A stretch of DNA of 64,000 nucleotides from a virus (IMGVR_UViG_3300047393_000041:1-64000); one strand, 5' to 3'. Positions 1-10,421 are shown, numbered from the stretch's first letter. Translations and numbers: made by a program. Notes: a model not told the origin generated them from the letters alone.

Positions 1-1551
1 ATTTCCTCAATCAACACAGTTCTTGACAAATCTTCAATAAATACATCACATCTGTCTTTCATCCAGATTTCGTATCCTGGGAATTTGTTAGCACTTGACA
101 TACCTTGAGATTTAGCAAAACCTAAGTGATGACGAGTTCCATCAATATAACCCCAAGTCATAGAAGGAGCACCTTTCATACGTACTTCTCTAATGTTGTT
201 TACCATAGAACCATCACCCATTGGAGAAACATCAAACACCATAAATACAGGAGTAGATTTTTTGTTTTGTCCAAACTCAAGATTAGTTTGTGGTAAATCT
301 AATTCTTTCAAGTGAATAAGTTCAACACGACCAGTCTCACGAGTTACCATTGCATCAAATGCAAAGTTGTAAGTGATATGTTGTCCTTCTCCTTGCATGT
401 ATCTGTTTCCAGAATCAGCCATGAAAGTAAGACCTGAATTTAATGCATCAGTTTTCAAAGCTTGTTGGAATACATCGAATCCAGCTTCGTTAGTGTACAT
501 CTTAACACGTCTATCTTTTACATCCACTCTTCTGTAGAACAAATCTCCAAATACAGAACGAATTAAGTTAGCAGAGAATTCACCTCTGTTGTATTGTACC
601 AAGTTACCATTGTTACGCATTCTGTGGTAAACACCTGCAGATGTACGTTTTACTTCTTGTTTAGAACCACCAGATTTAACTGTACCTGGTTTAGCCCAGA
701 TCATACGTTTAACTTTAAGTTCGATCATAGATTTACGCATCCAGAATTCGATGAACGGTTCCCATTTAACGTCATTACGTGTAAGTGGTAATTGGTTACG
801 TCTTTGTGGAGCATATACCAAAATGTCAAGAGGTTTACCTGAAGCATCTCTCATCATTTTATCATCAGCCCATTCTGTGATTTTGTGCTCATATCCATAT
901 GCAGAACCTAATGATTCAAACATTGTGATTTGCTCACCTAATCTAGGAAGACCTAATAAATCTTGATCAAATTCACCAATAGCAGCATCAACTAATTCTA
1001 GTTCAATACCATATTGTAAGAACAAAGGATTAACGAAGTCAATAGTTGGATTATCAGTTACAAGAGTAAATGAATATAAATATCCTGCATTCCAAGGCAA
1101 TGGATCTTTGATCACGTAGAAACGTGGACCATATTGACGTGTACCTACAGAAACGATAGCATTTTTAGAAAACTCATTAGTATCTAATACTAATTGGAAT
1201 TCTTGACCATCGATACCTGTTTTACCAGTCTCAATCAAATCTTGCGTAGAAGATGGAATGTCAATGATTTTTGGGAACTTGTAAGGAACAGCTACTTGCC
1301 ATTTCCATGCATCACTGTTATTATCGATATAATAAGGTGTGCTTTTGTTGATCATGTCTAAGAAATCATTACTGTACAATGAGCTCTGGGTATAGAGACT
1401 GATGATTTTTTTATCATAGTCCGCAGGCTCAGTAGAGTGAAAACTCTCTAAGTGATTTGAGTCTGTAAGTTTACCTACTGCACGTTTGTCCATAGACGCT
1501 ACACGAGCATAAGTAAATCCTGTTAACCCAGGGATTGTTTGAACTGCCATT
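1..1551 (-). CDS. putative major capsid protein (partial; ORF runs off the window start, C-terminus missing)
   Basis: Minus-strand ORF open to position 1 with ATG at 1549-1551 (MAVQTIPGLTGFTYARV...). Lies directly downstream of the acidic scaffold-like gene in terminase-portal-scaffold-capsid order. Position and size only, no motif proof. Confidence 0.45.
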
Positions 1552-1584
1552 TTATTTGAATTTATTAATTATTAATATTGTTTG

Positions 1585-2853
1585 TTATAAAAACCATGAT
1601 TTTGAATTGGCACCACCAGTAGCTGATGATCCACCTGTTTTAGCTTTACTAACTTGTCTTGCAACTTCTCCAAACAGTTCGTTAGATTTCTTCGTAACGC
1701 CTGTTCTTTGTATGGTTGATAATGTAGGATCTTTTTCCAACATCTTTAAAAGAAGTCCTACTTTCACTTTCATTGCATGATTCTCTGGTCTTTTCATATC
1801 CAAAATAGCACGATCAAAGTCTGTAAGAGTTTCTCCTGAAGGAGTTTTCCACTTATCAACTAATAAGAAGTCTTGTAGTTCACCTGCTAATTTTGGATTG
1901 ATAGGAATACCATCAAACTCTTTTGCTTTAACTTTATCTTGTAATATTGATTGTACATTACTGATGTACTGATTTCTGACTTGAGCTTTTTGTTGTAACT
2001 CAGCTTCAGATTTTTTTTCTAAGTCTTGTAATTTAGATGCTTCGTTTTTAACTAACACCTTGTGATGTTTTGCTGCAACACTTTCTAGATCACCGTAGTT
2101 TTTAAGTCTTTCGATTTCTGTTTCTACATCTTCTGCATCAAACCCTTGGTTTGTTAAAGCTTGTTTCATTATTCTTTCCTGATTGTTTTCATCAGTAAGA
2201 TCCATCTCTGCAAATCCAACAACATTGTTATATGTAGTGAAGTAATCTTTTGGATCAACTCCTTTTACAAATATGGCATCAAATGCTTCTTGGTAATCCT
2301 CTCCAAATTGTCCAATAAAGTTTTGAACGATTTCTGAGGCACCTTTTTTCTTTTCATCATTAAATCTTTCCAAGAATTCTTCTGCAGTTGTTACAGGTTC
2401 TTGAGTTTCATCTTCTGATGTAAATACACCTAATTTATATAGATCATTAGCTAGAGCAGTGAATTGTGTACCTTGAGGTTCATCTTCTCCATCATCTTCT
2501 GTGTTATCAGTATCAGCACTAGCAGCTTTTGTAGGTTTTGATATTGGAGCAGGTTCTTCATCATCATCTTCGCTATCACTTAAGAAGTCAGAGATCATTG
2601 ATTGTCCTTCTAATTTTTCGTCATCTGTTTTACCATCAACACTTTTAGGAGGAACAATATCCTTACCTTTTTGAACATCTGGTTTAGCAGGTGCAGCAGG
2701 AGGATTAGCCTCATTAATGATTGGTGTTACATCTTCAGGATTAGAAGTTGATGTCTCAGGAGAAAACAAATCATTTAATAATTCTTGGTTACCCATTCCC
2801 ATTTCCATAGTATCTAAGATACCAAAGTTATCTATATCTAAATTATCAGCCAT
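1585..2853 (-). CDS. putative scaffolding protein (acidic, coiled-coil rich)
   Basis: 422-aa ORF, very D/E-rich with charged heptad-like stretches. Sits between portal-like and capsid-like genes. Confidence 0.45.
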   Translation of the reverse strand: MADNLDIDNFGILDTMEMGMGNQELLNDLFSPETSTSNPEDVTPIINEANPPAAPAKPDVQKGKDIVPPKSVDGKTDDEKLEGQSMISDFLSDSEDDDEEPAPISKPTKAASADTDNTEDDGEDEPQGTQFTALANDLYKLGVFTSEDETQEPVTTAEEFLERFNDEKKKGASEIVQNFIGQFGEDYQEAFDAIFVKGVDPKDYFTTYNNVVGFAEMDLTDENNQERIMKQALTNQGFDAEDVETEIERLKNYGDLESVAAKHHKVLVKNEASKLQDLEKKSEAELQQKAQVRNQYISNVQSILQDKVKAKEFDGIPINPKLAGELQDFLLVDKWKTPSGETLTDFDRAILDMKRPENHAMKVKVGLLLKMLEKDPTLSTIQRTGVTKKSNELFGEVARQVSKAKTGGSSATGGANSKSWFL

Positions 2854-2996
2854 ATGTAGTTGTATTTATGTTTGGTTTTATTTATGTAAAAGTATAATAA
2901 GAGTTTTGAATATCAAAGGGTTCTGAGCCAATGTGATCCAATTTTCTTGATAATATAGCATTAATATATTTATCTCCTCCGAAGAGGAGAAGTTTT

Positions 2997-5582
2997 TTAA
3001 CCTTTTTTGTTATTTCTGCCCTTAGCATTCTCTTTTGCAACAGCAAGATCGTTTGCCATATTCTCTCTAGCCACTTGTAATTTATCTTTCTCTACAGACA
3101 TTTTATCAGTAGCTTGTTTGTTTTTAGATTGAATATCAGCCATTTTTAATCCGTAATCTTTTGTAGCTTTATCTTGGTCATGAGCTAACCTGCTCATTTC
3201 CATTACATCAGGAATAGCATTTGCATTTGTGTCTTCAGCTTCAACATTTCCAAATCCTGTAGCTTGTATAATAGCAATTTCTTTTTTAGATATTCTATCA
3301 AGTTCTTTTTGGTAATCATCATGAGCTTGTTGCTCTTGAGCAAGTTGAGCAGCTTGTTGCAATGCTGCTTGTGATTGTTCTTGTTGTTGTTGAAGTTTTT
3401 GTTGTTCAAGTTGTTGAGCTTGTTCTTGTTGTGCAATCTGTCTATCTCTAAGGTCTTTGAATGTTTTCTTAAGATCTCTTTGTGATTTAGAACTGTATAA
3501 TTCAACGACATCATAAAGTGTACCACCATTTTGAATAATAGCTTGAGACAATTGTCTAAGCTCATTAAACATTTGAGTATCTTCTGGTCTATTGGTCAAG
3601 AACACTTTTAAATCACGGAATGAAAGATCTGTTCCATTCACTTGTACAAATGCAGATTCACCCTCAGATGTAATATAAGATAATGTTGATTGTGGTTTAG
3701 CACTTTCAATATATAAAGAAGCATCAATTATAGATTGATACAATTGCCCAAGCACATACTCATGTGCCACGAATAGAGGCTCTGTCTGCGAATAACTTTG
3801 CTGCATGGCAGTGTTTGTCCCTGTAGCACTTTCAGAGGCAGAAACAGACCCCATACGCTGTTTAGACATTCCTACAAGTTCCCAACATTCCATCTTGATT
3901 TGTTGAGCTAACGTATATCTAGATTGTATCTCTTGTGTACGTGTAAGGTCAAGAGCTGTAAATTGATTAAATGAGCTAGGAGATTTTAAATTCTCTGGGC
4001 TATCATCTATAAATACAACACCTCTGTTACGTGCTTCCATTTCCCATATATCAAGAGCATCTTGTGCATCTCCATCTTTAGGAATAGGAATATGTCTCAA
4101 TGACATAAGTTGTACTTTACCTACTTCTTTCTCAAGTAGTTTGTACAATTGATTCATACATACATTATAAATCACTTGGAAAGGTTTCATTAAATCAACA
4201 AGTGACTTAGCTTCTGTGTTCTTCACCTCATGTGTAGTTCCTATAATAGGACAATAGTTCAATAACTTAAATGGTTTGATGTGATAGATGTCTGGACCAA
4301 TCTTTGTTCCTTGGTACCACTCATTAATCCATCCCCATTCTAATGATTGTTGTGTAGGCATTGTTCCTGATTTATAAGACTCATCAACAAGTGTAGATTG
4401 CTCATTACCCATTTCATCTATATATATCAACTTACCTATCTTTCTTTTAGATATCCAATAACTTCTTACTACTACGTATTTATATCCAAATGAACTTACA
4501 TTATTAGTTAAGCCTAAGAAATCTTTTAAGCCATCATTGTTTTCTTTCATTTCTGATTCAATCATCATTCTTGTTTGTAACACAAGTGGATCGAATGTAT
4601 CGTACTGAACAGAGTCTTGTCCTTCTGGAGCATTAGGATTTCCAAGGTTAGATTCACGTACATTGATTAATCCATAATCTTGTAATGAACTACGTAAATG
4701 ATCTATCTCTTCTTTACTAAGATCTGGTATAGATTCAATGATTTCTGAAAGTTCCATAACTTGCACAGTACCAGCAGCGTATGCTCCTTGTGCTCTACCT
4801 GTAGGATCTGATATATACTTTCTATCTGGTGTACTTAAGAACCAAGTGTTCTTTGGATTAGACACTTCAATGTTAAATCCAAGCTTCGAGTTATCTTCGT
4901 ATATATGATAGAATTGTCTAGCTGATATAAGCATATCTCTAAAGGCATCTTCTGATTTTTCTTTAATGTTAAACTCAGCTTTATTAGATGTAAGAACATG
5001 ATTAGCCCATTTCTCAGCAATAGATGTATAGCTATCTAACTGATCTTTAACTTGTTCCATTGTCATTTGTTCCAATTGCTCAGGATCAACTTCTTCTCCT
5101 TGCATTGCAGCTTTAGTCATTAGTTGTTGTTTAACTTGACTAATTACATATTGTTGAAGAGTGTCTGTTTTAAATTGCAATTCTTCTGCTTTACTATCAT
5201 CATCAAAAGCTTTCACTCTAAATGTATCTGGACGTTTGCTTATCTCTCCTACTAACTCATTAACAGGAGTGGTGATAATTGAATACATCTTTACGTAAGC
5301 AGGAAGTTCAAGATCTGACGTAAGAACATCTGTAAAGCTTCTTGTCTCTTGTTCTTGATAGAAATCTTCCATGCGTAAGATTCCTTTCATAAGATCATAG
5401 TTCTTAACAAATGTGTCTCTATTCTTCATGTACTCAGCATACGCCTTGTTAGAAAAATAGTCCATTGTATTCTTAATCCAACTCTCATCTTCTTTTTCTT
5501 TCTCTGTTTTAAACTGATCAGGAAAGATGTTTAAGTAAGCATACCTAATGGTAGCATCTTTTGTATATCTAATTATTGCCAT
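2997..5582 (-). CDS. putative portal protein
   Basis: 861-aa ORF immediately downstream of terminase large subunit on same strand. Contains a Gln-rich coiled segment (QQEQAQQLEQQKLQQQQEQSQAALQQAAQ). Assignment by gene order and size. Confidence 0.5.
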   Translation of the reverse strand: MAIIRYTKDATIRYAYLNIFPDQFKTEKEKEDESWIKNTMDYFSNKAYAEYMKNRDTFVKNYDLMKGILRMEDFYQEQETRSFTDVLTSDLELPAYVKMYSIITTPVNELVGEISKRPDTFRVKAFDDDSKAEELQFKTDTLQQYVISQVKQQLMTKAAMQGEEVDPEQLEQMTMEQVKDQLDSYTSIAEKWANHVLTSNKAEFNIKEKSEDAFRDMLISARQFYHIYEDNSKLGFNIEVSNPKNTWFLSTPDRKYISDPTGRAQGAYAAGTVQVMELSEIIESIPDLSKEEIDHLRSSLQDYGLINVRESNLGNPNAPEGQDSVQYDTFDPLVLQTRMMIESEMKENNDGLKDFLGLTNNVSSFGYKYVVVRSYWISKRKIGKLIYIDEMGNEQSTLVDESYKSGTMPTQQSLEWGWINEWYQGTKIGPDIYHIKPFKLLNYCPIIGTTHEVKNTEAKSLVDLMKPFQVIYNVCMNQLYKLLEKEVGKVQLMSLRHIPIPKDGDAQDALDIWEMEARNRGVVFIDDSPENLKSPSSFNQFTALDLTRTQEIQSRYTLAQQIKMECWELVGMSKQRMGSVSASESATGTNTAMQQSYSQTEPLFVAHEYVLGQLYQSIIDASLYIESAKPQSTLSYITSEGESAFVQVNGTDLSFRDLKVFLTNRPEDTQMFNELRQLSQAIIQNGGTLYDVVELYSSKSQRDLKKTFKDLRDRQIAQQEQAQQLEQQKLQQQQEQSQAALQQAAQLAQEQQAHDDYQKELDRISKKEIAIIQATGFGNVEAEDTNANAIPDVMEMSRLAHDQDKATKDYGLKMADIQSKNKQATDKMSVEKDKLQVARENMANDLAVAKENAKGRNNKKG

Positions 5583-5583
5583 T

Positions 5584-7608
5584 TTATCTAAACATTTTAT
5601 TTTTTGGTGTGTTAAACATTGATCTGCTTTCTGTAAACAGAGTATTCATTTTCTTCTTTTTAAACATTGATTGTATTCTTACATCTTGCTCTCCACCTAT
5701 TTTTCCCATAATGGGATCTAACTTCATTGCCAAAGCTATTGCAAGCTCTGCAGCAATGATTCTATCAAAGTTGCCTGTTTCATTATACTGAATCATTTCT
5801 TCAAGTAAAACAGGATCAAATATCTTGGCCATACCTTTTGTTTCAGAGGTTATGTTACCATCTTCATCCTTCTCAGCATGTATCACTTCTTCTGTATATT
5901 TCTTAAGACATCCATGTAAGAAGTCTCTAATCTTTTCAGAAGATCTATGTATTCCGTAATCCCTTCTAACTGTGGTGTTTGGAACTATTTCTTTTAACCA
6001 ATCTGGTTGTCTCTCTAAATAATGTGCATCTCCCTTAGCTATCATGTAGTCGATAAAAGAGATTTCATCATTCTCACATAGAGCTCTAGCATTATAATAC
6101 TTTATAAGATAGCGAGCTTGTTCCTCCCATGTTTCTTTCTTCTCTGGCCTAGCACAATAACTAGCAACAAACATATCTTGATACTTCTCTCCTGATATAG
6201 CATGCATACGTTTGTATATATACACAGATCCTAATGAACTTGAGTATGCAGATTTACCTTGTCTATAAGGGTCAATCCCTGCAACATATAATCCATAAGG
6301 AGGACTTTCAATTGGAAACTCATATATCACTACAGGAGCATCTTTTAAATCACTATTCTTAAGAGGAAAGTTTGATATTGGAAGTTTGTCTGTGAACTCA
6401 TGTTTCACTCCTTGGCCATCATCATATAAAACAACAGGTGTTCCTGTTCTTTCTTGTGCTAATAGTCTAGTCTTCTGACGTTTAGCTGCTTCTATGTCAA
6501 AGATGTTTGTATCTTCATTTAAGAATATATCATCTACCTCTTGTGGGTAGTACATTTTCTCTTTTAAATAAGCTAGTCTATCACCAGCTTTCTTCAATCT
6601 GTCAAGATTGTCATTTGTAATCTTATCTGCTTTAGCTTCATTAGAAACAAGCATTTTCACTTTATGTAATTCTGATGTTAATGGTTGTTCTAAGAATTCT
6701 CCAAGTGTAGATTCTTCTTTAGCTTCCATTCTATATTTATGTGATATAAATAATCCATGGATTCTTTGATCATCTTTAGCACTTTTATATTCTAAGAAGT
6801 TGAAGTTTTCTACGTCAAACATTAACGACTTAGCATCCATAAAGTTCTGCATATCTCCACCAGTACCTGTGAGTATTGGAGAACAACCCCAACCGTATGG
6901 TGTAGTAAAACCAGGAGTTGCAGCTTGCAATCCTCGTAAGAAAGATCCTTTACCAATCTCATCAATAATTAACTTTCTTGGTTTTGTACCTGCAATTGCT
7001 TCTTCATTATTACCACCATCTAAGTTACGAATAAGGATCTGAGAAAAGGGGATTCGCTCTCCTGCTTTTGTCTTGATCCCTAATGTAACTTGGTTTTTCC
7101 AGTTGTCTTCTACCCTCTGCCATCTCCAGGCTTCTGGTAAGAAGTTCAATCCTTTGTCAATCTTATCTGTGATAAGCTTTATATCGGGAGCATTTAACCC
7201 TGCTATAATATTTTGGGAGTTCTCATCGAATGTGGCACCCCAACCTATATAACTGCTCTCAATTACTGACTTGGCCAAACGACGAATGCCTAGTATAACT
7301 AAGCCTTTCTTTTCTGTTTGTGCTCTATCTATTTCATTTGTTATAACCCACTCATTATCACGCATGTATGGGTTAGCATATTTCTGTGATATTCTTCCTC
7401 GGTCATCTATAATATCTACCTCTGTATTCCAGAAGTTTAAATGCCAATATAAAAAAGGATTGATATATACTCCTCCCATTGTACAACCATCCATACATAG
7501 TTGTTTATGAAAAGCATAGAACGCTTTATACTCATCTGAGTCTTTTGACGGAACTCTCTTTTGATTGATAAACCAATCTCCATATTCAATACTTTGTAGG
7601 CCATCCAT
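5584..7608 (-). CDS. terL: terminase large subunit (T4 gp17-like)
   Basis: 674 aa. Deviant Walker A LGIRRLAKS (cf. T4 gp17 SRQLGKT), Walker B LIIDEIG, C-terminal acidic nuclease-like region. Position at head of packaging-head block. Confidence 0.65.
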   Translation of the reverse strand: MDGLQSIEYGDWFINQKRVPSKDSDEYKAFYAFHKQLCMDGCTMGGVYINPFLYWHLNFWNTEVDIIDDRGRISQKYANPYMRDNEWVITNEIDRAQTEKKGLVILGIRRLAKSVIESSYIGWGATFDENSQNIIAGLNAPDIKLITDKIDKGLNFLPEAWRWQRVEDNWKNQVTLGIKTKAGERIPFSQILIRNLDGGNNEEAIAGTKPRKLIIDEIGKGSFLRGLQAATPGFTTPYGWGCSPILTGTGGDMQNFMDAKSLMFDVENFNFLEYKSAKDDQRIHGLFISHKYRMEAKEESTLGEFLEQPLTSELHKVKMLVSNEAKADKITNDNLDRLKKAGDRLAYLKEKMYYPQEVDDIFLNEDTNIFDIEAAKRQKTRLLAQERTGTPVVLYDDGQGVKHEFTDKLPISNFPLKNSDLKDAPVVIYEFPIESPPYGLYVAGIDPYRQGKSAYSSSLGSVYIYKRMHAISGEKYQDMFVASYCARPEKKETWEEQARYLIKYYNARALCENDEISFIDYMIAKGDAHYLERQPDWLKEIVPNTTVRRDYGIHRSSEKIRDFLHGCLKKYTEEVIHAEKDEDGNITSETKGMAKIFDPVLLEEMIQYNETGNFDRIIAAELAIALAMKLDPIMGKIGGEQDVRIQSMFKKKKMNTLFTESRSMFNTPKNKMFR

Positions 7609-7940
7609 TATTTTCTACCTTTTAAGAAATCTTCAGCCATACTACCAAGTTCAACACCACCTCTTACAGGCACTGCTTTAGCTTCTTCTTTTTCTCTAAG
7701 TTTTTCAACTTGTTCAAGAAGAGCAAGATAGTTCTTCATTGTCTCTTGTACAAACTTTCCTTGTGCCTCAATACTAGCAATCACCATAGGCATAGCACCA
7801 CCAGCTTTGGTTTCTTTCCATTTGATTCTATCCTCTAATGTATGTAAAGGATTAGCATCAATATAAGCTTTCCAGCTTATTAACTGTTCTTCAGCCCAAT
7901 CAAGTTCTGTGTTTATATATGTAGTTTTCTTTAATGCCAT
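7608..7940 (-). CDS. hypothetical protein; candidate terminase small subunit by position
   Basis: 110-aa ORF; its stop overlaps the terL start (ATGA-type junction). Charged/coiled C-terminus. No diagnostic motif. Confidence 0.4.
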   Translation of the reverse strand: MALKKTTYINTELDWAEEQLISWKAYIDANPLHTLEDRIKWKETKAGGAMPMVIASIEAQGKFVQETMKNYLALLEQVEKLREKEEAKAVPVRGGVELGSMAEDFLKGRK

Positions 7941-8215
7941 TGTATTGATATATATTTTGCAAAGGCTGAATCAATTTCTTCTTTACAGTTTTTAATTGTT
8001 GACATATGTTCTTTCATTTTAAACATAAGTTCTTGTATTCTATCTTCTTCATATACAATTGATCTTAATGAATCTCTTTTGATTCTTAGATATTCATCAT
8101 ATGACCCATCCTCTTCGCCAATAAACTCTTTTATTATACTACAATCATTGTGTGGATTACATGCTGGTATATCTGAAGGAGTCATGCTTGTATCTATATT
8201 TAAATCATCTTCCAT
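7931..8215 (-). CDS. hypothetical protein
   Basis: 94-aa ORF in co-directional array with overlapping start/stop. Confidence 0.4.
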   Translation of the reverse strand: MEDDLNIDTSMTPSDIPACNPHNDCSIIKEFIGEEDGSYDEYLRIKRDSLRSIVYEEDRIQELMFKMKEHMSTIKNCKEEIDSAFAKYISIQWH

Positions 8216-8239
8216 AATGTAGTTGGTCTTTATTAGTTG

Positions 8240-8530
8240 TTAGTATTCTTCTTCATCTTCTCTGTCATTCTCGAATATACTTCCAAGATTCATTCCATCT
8301 TTGATAATATTCTCAAGATCTTTTTCATCATGTATAATATCCATTTCAAGACTTGTCTCATATTTCTTTAATGAAAACAATAGTTCTTTATCCGTCACCC
8401 CCCATAAGTCTGATTCATTAGTTGCTGTTGATAGATGTCTTCCAATATTATATGTGGGATGAGTTTTATGTAAACTCTCTAATGTCTGGATGATTTGTCG
8501 ATAATAGTTTGGTTTCTTTATCATAATCAT
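8240..8530 (-). CDS. hypothetical protein
   Basis: 96-aa ORF in co-directional array. Confidence 0.4.
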   Translation of the reverse strand: MIMIKKPNYYRQIIQTLESLHKTHPTYNIGRHLSTATNESDLWGVTDKELLFSLKKYETSLEMDIIHDEKDLENIIKDGMNLGSIFENDREDEEEY

Positions 8531-8820
8531 TATATTAAATCATTTATATCATCATCAGATAGACTTCTTGGATCTTCTTTTGTATATATATCCTCTGAAT
8601 AATCCATTTCTATATGTTGATTACCCTCGTCATCTTCTATCATTTCAATTGGTTCCTGAGCTATTAAATATTCAGGCTTAACCGTTATATGAATTATATC
8701 TTTTGGCTTTCCATCTTCTTCACCTGCTTTACCAGATATATCAATATAATCAGCTCCACTATCAAATAGATCTGTAAGGATTTGAATAAGAGGCTCTAAT
8801 GGGATTTTACTTAGTTTCAT
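8530..8820 (-). CDS. hypothetical acidic protein
   Basis: 96-aa ORF, D/E-rich. Start overlaps upstream stop. Confidence 0.4.
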   Translation of the reverse strand: MKLSKIPLEPLIQILTDLFDSGADYIDISGKAGEEDGKPKDIIHITVKPEYLIAQEPIEMIEDDEGNQHIEMDYSEDIYTKEDPRSLSDDDINDLI

Positions 8821-9085
8821 TTTCTGTTGGTATTTCTGTAGCTCCCCATTTCTTTAATGGACATTCACAAGTTAAACATTTTGTTTTAGCAGCTAATGTA
8901 CATCCACAATTTGTGCAATGTGCATCTGGTCTTATTGTTGTATACTCTGGCTTGTTGTATGAATGTTCATCACATTGTACACATATGCCATTTCTCTCTT
9001 GGCTTATATATTCTATAAAAGCTTTATCTCTTTCCTCTGGTAGAAGATAATTCTTCCATCCCTCAATGATTTGTCCTAGGCTCAT
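8807..9085 (-). CDS. hypothetical Cys-rich (zinc-ribbon-like) protein
   Basis: 92 aa with CxxC...CxxCxC...CxxCxC pattern (CVQCDEHSY, CTNCGC, CLTCEC). Confidence 0.4.
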   Translation of the reverse strand: MSLGQIIEGWKNYLLPEERDKAFIEYISQERNGICVQCDEHSYNKPEYTTIRPDAHCTNCGCTLAAKTKCLTCECPLKKWGATEIPTENETK

Positions 9086-9426
9086 TTTATTTTTGGTTTT
9101 AATATCTTGATATCTTGTAACACTGTAACCATACGTAGATTAGTTGAATGCCTTTTCTTATCTGTTGTAGTTGGATCAGCTAATATGTTTTCGTAGGCTT
9201 GCTTCATTGCAAGAAGCTTTGCGTAATGTAAATTAGCTTTCTTTGTATTAAAATAGAACTTACCAAATCCAGAGATCTCTATTGTATCATTTAAATTTAA
9301 AGCATCGTTAGCAGAATCAAACTGATGTGTAATCACTTGATCAATTATCTTTTCAGATGTCACTAATGTAAGAGACATTCTTTTGATAATAAATTCTTTG
9401 ACAGACATTGTTGTTGGCTTATTCAT
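9082..9426 (-). CDS. hypothetical protein
   Basis: 114-aa ORF in array. Confidence 0.4.
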   Translation of the reverse strand: MNKPTTMSVKEFIIKRMSLTLVTSEKIIDQVITHQFDSANDALNLNDTIEISGFGKFYFNTKKANLHYAKLLAMKQAYENILADPTTTDKKRHSTNLRMVTVLQDIKILKPKIK

Positions 9427-9772
9427 GTACTAGCTTTATATCTAATGTTAAATCATTTTTGAAATCAATAACAATACGAGGATTCACCTTCACCTTACCA
9501 GCTTCCTTAATGAATATACCAATCTTCTTAAGCTTACTAATGATGTTATTAATCGTAGGACTTGTTGTATTGTGTAGTTTACAGAATTCTTCTCTCACAT
9601 TAGCATATGTAATGTTTCCTTTAATAGCTGTAAATGCTATCAGTTGAATTTCTCTCTCTGTTAAATGTAGATGGTTAATTACTGATAGTATACTATAATA
9701 CTTCTCAGCTAGATGTAGATCATTCTCTACAGTCTTTTTAAGTTTTTGTACTACTATAATCTTTGATTCCAT
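9419..9772 (-). CDS. HTH protein resembling sigma-70 region 4 / LuxR-type DNA-binding domain; possible late-gene regulator
   Basis: 117 aa. LTEREIQLIAF...NVREEF...TSPTINNIISKLKK resembles region-4/LuxR HTH. First gene of the minus-strand morphogenesis block, next to the divergent intergenic region. Confidence 0.4.
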   Translation of the reverse strand: MESKIIVVQKLKKTVENDLHLAEKYYSILSVINHLHLTEREIQLIAFTAIKGNITYANVREEFCKLHNTTSPTINNIISKLKKIGIFIKEAGKVKVNPRIVIDFKNDLTLDIKLVHE

Positions 9773-10378
9773 AATTTAGTTTTATATTCTATTGACAAAG
9801 ATATAGAATAAATACTAATGATGAACATATTAGATTAAAATATTTATTTCAATGCTATATTATGAACTTTTTCTCTATAGATGCTTAATGATAACGTGTA
9901 AAAGAAGCATACACACTATTACTACCAAGCCCAACCACCGCCCCAAAGGTATAACATATTTTGCATACCGCTCGCATCATTCCTAAAATATTTTTAAAAT
10001 TTTTTTTCAAAATATGAAAAGCTATTGTGTATGTGCTGGTAGAGACCACTCCATCTCAAGACCCCCTGGACAAATTGAGTGGTTGGGGGTAGTCCCCACA
10101 CTTGTTGTCTACACAACTAAAATGTAGAAACCTTGTGCATAAAGATTAAATTCGGTAGCATAGCAAGACCTGATAGCAGACATGTGAGTCAGTGAGTTTT
10201 ATGCAACACAAGGTTTTATTTTATTGTGTGATAAGTTAATCATCAAATAGGTGCAGACGAAACTCTAATGTAGTAGTCTAATACCCTTATTGGTATCACA
10301 TAATATAATAAAGATAAAGAAGTGAGAGTCCATTGTGGATTCTCTTTCTTTCTCTCGAGTCTTGGGTTCCGTTCCAAG

Positions 10379-10396
10379 ACCCTTTCTACAATTTGA
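10379..10396 (+). promoter_or_regulatory. conserved 18-nt element ACCCTTTCTACAATTTGA (copy 1), downstream of hairpin, 25 nt upstream of first plus-strand ORF
   Basis: 16/18 identical second copy at 10707-10724 (ACCCTTTCCACAATCTGA). Both follow a GC-containing hairpin. Confidence 0.35.
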
Positions 10397-10421
10397 TTAG
10401 TAATCTTTAAACAATATACTT

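Noticed and set aside
594-2926. Plus-strand ORFs 594-791, 751-966, 1535-1780, 2717-2926
   Set aside because: They lie antisense within or overlapping the long minus-strand capsid and scaffold ORFs, are short and low-complexity, and do not fit the operon orientation. Treated as spurious.
3203-3565. Minus-strand 120-aa ORF (N/K-rich) nested inside the portal gene in another frame
   Set aside because: By-product of the CAA/CAG-rich tract. Extremely low complexity and entirely embedded in a larger convincing ORF.
5576-7510. Plus-strand ORFs 5576-5791, 6800-7042, 7271-7510 opposite the terminase gene
   Set aside because: Antisense to a well-supported 674-aa terminase ORF. No start context. Spurious.
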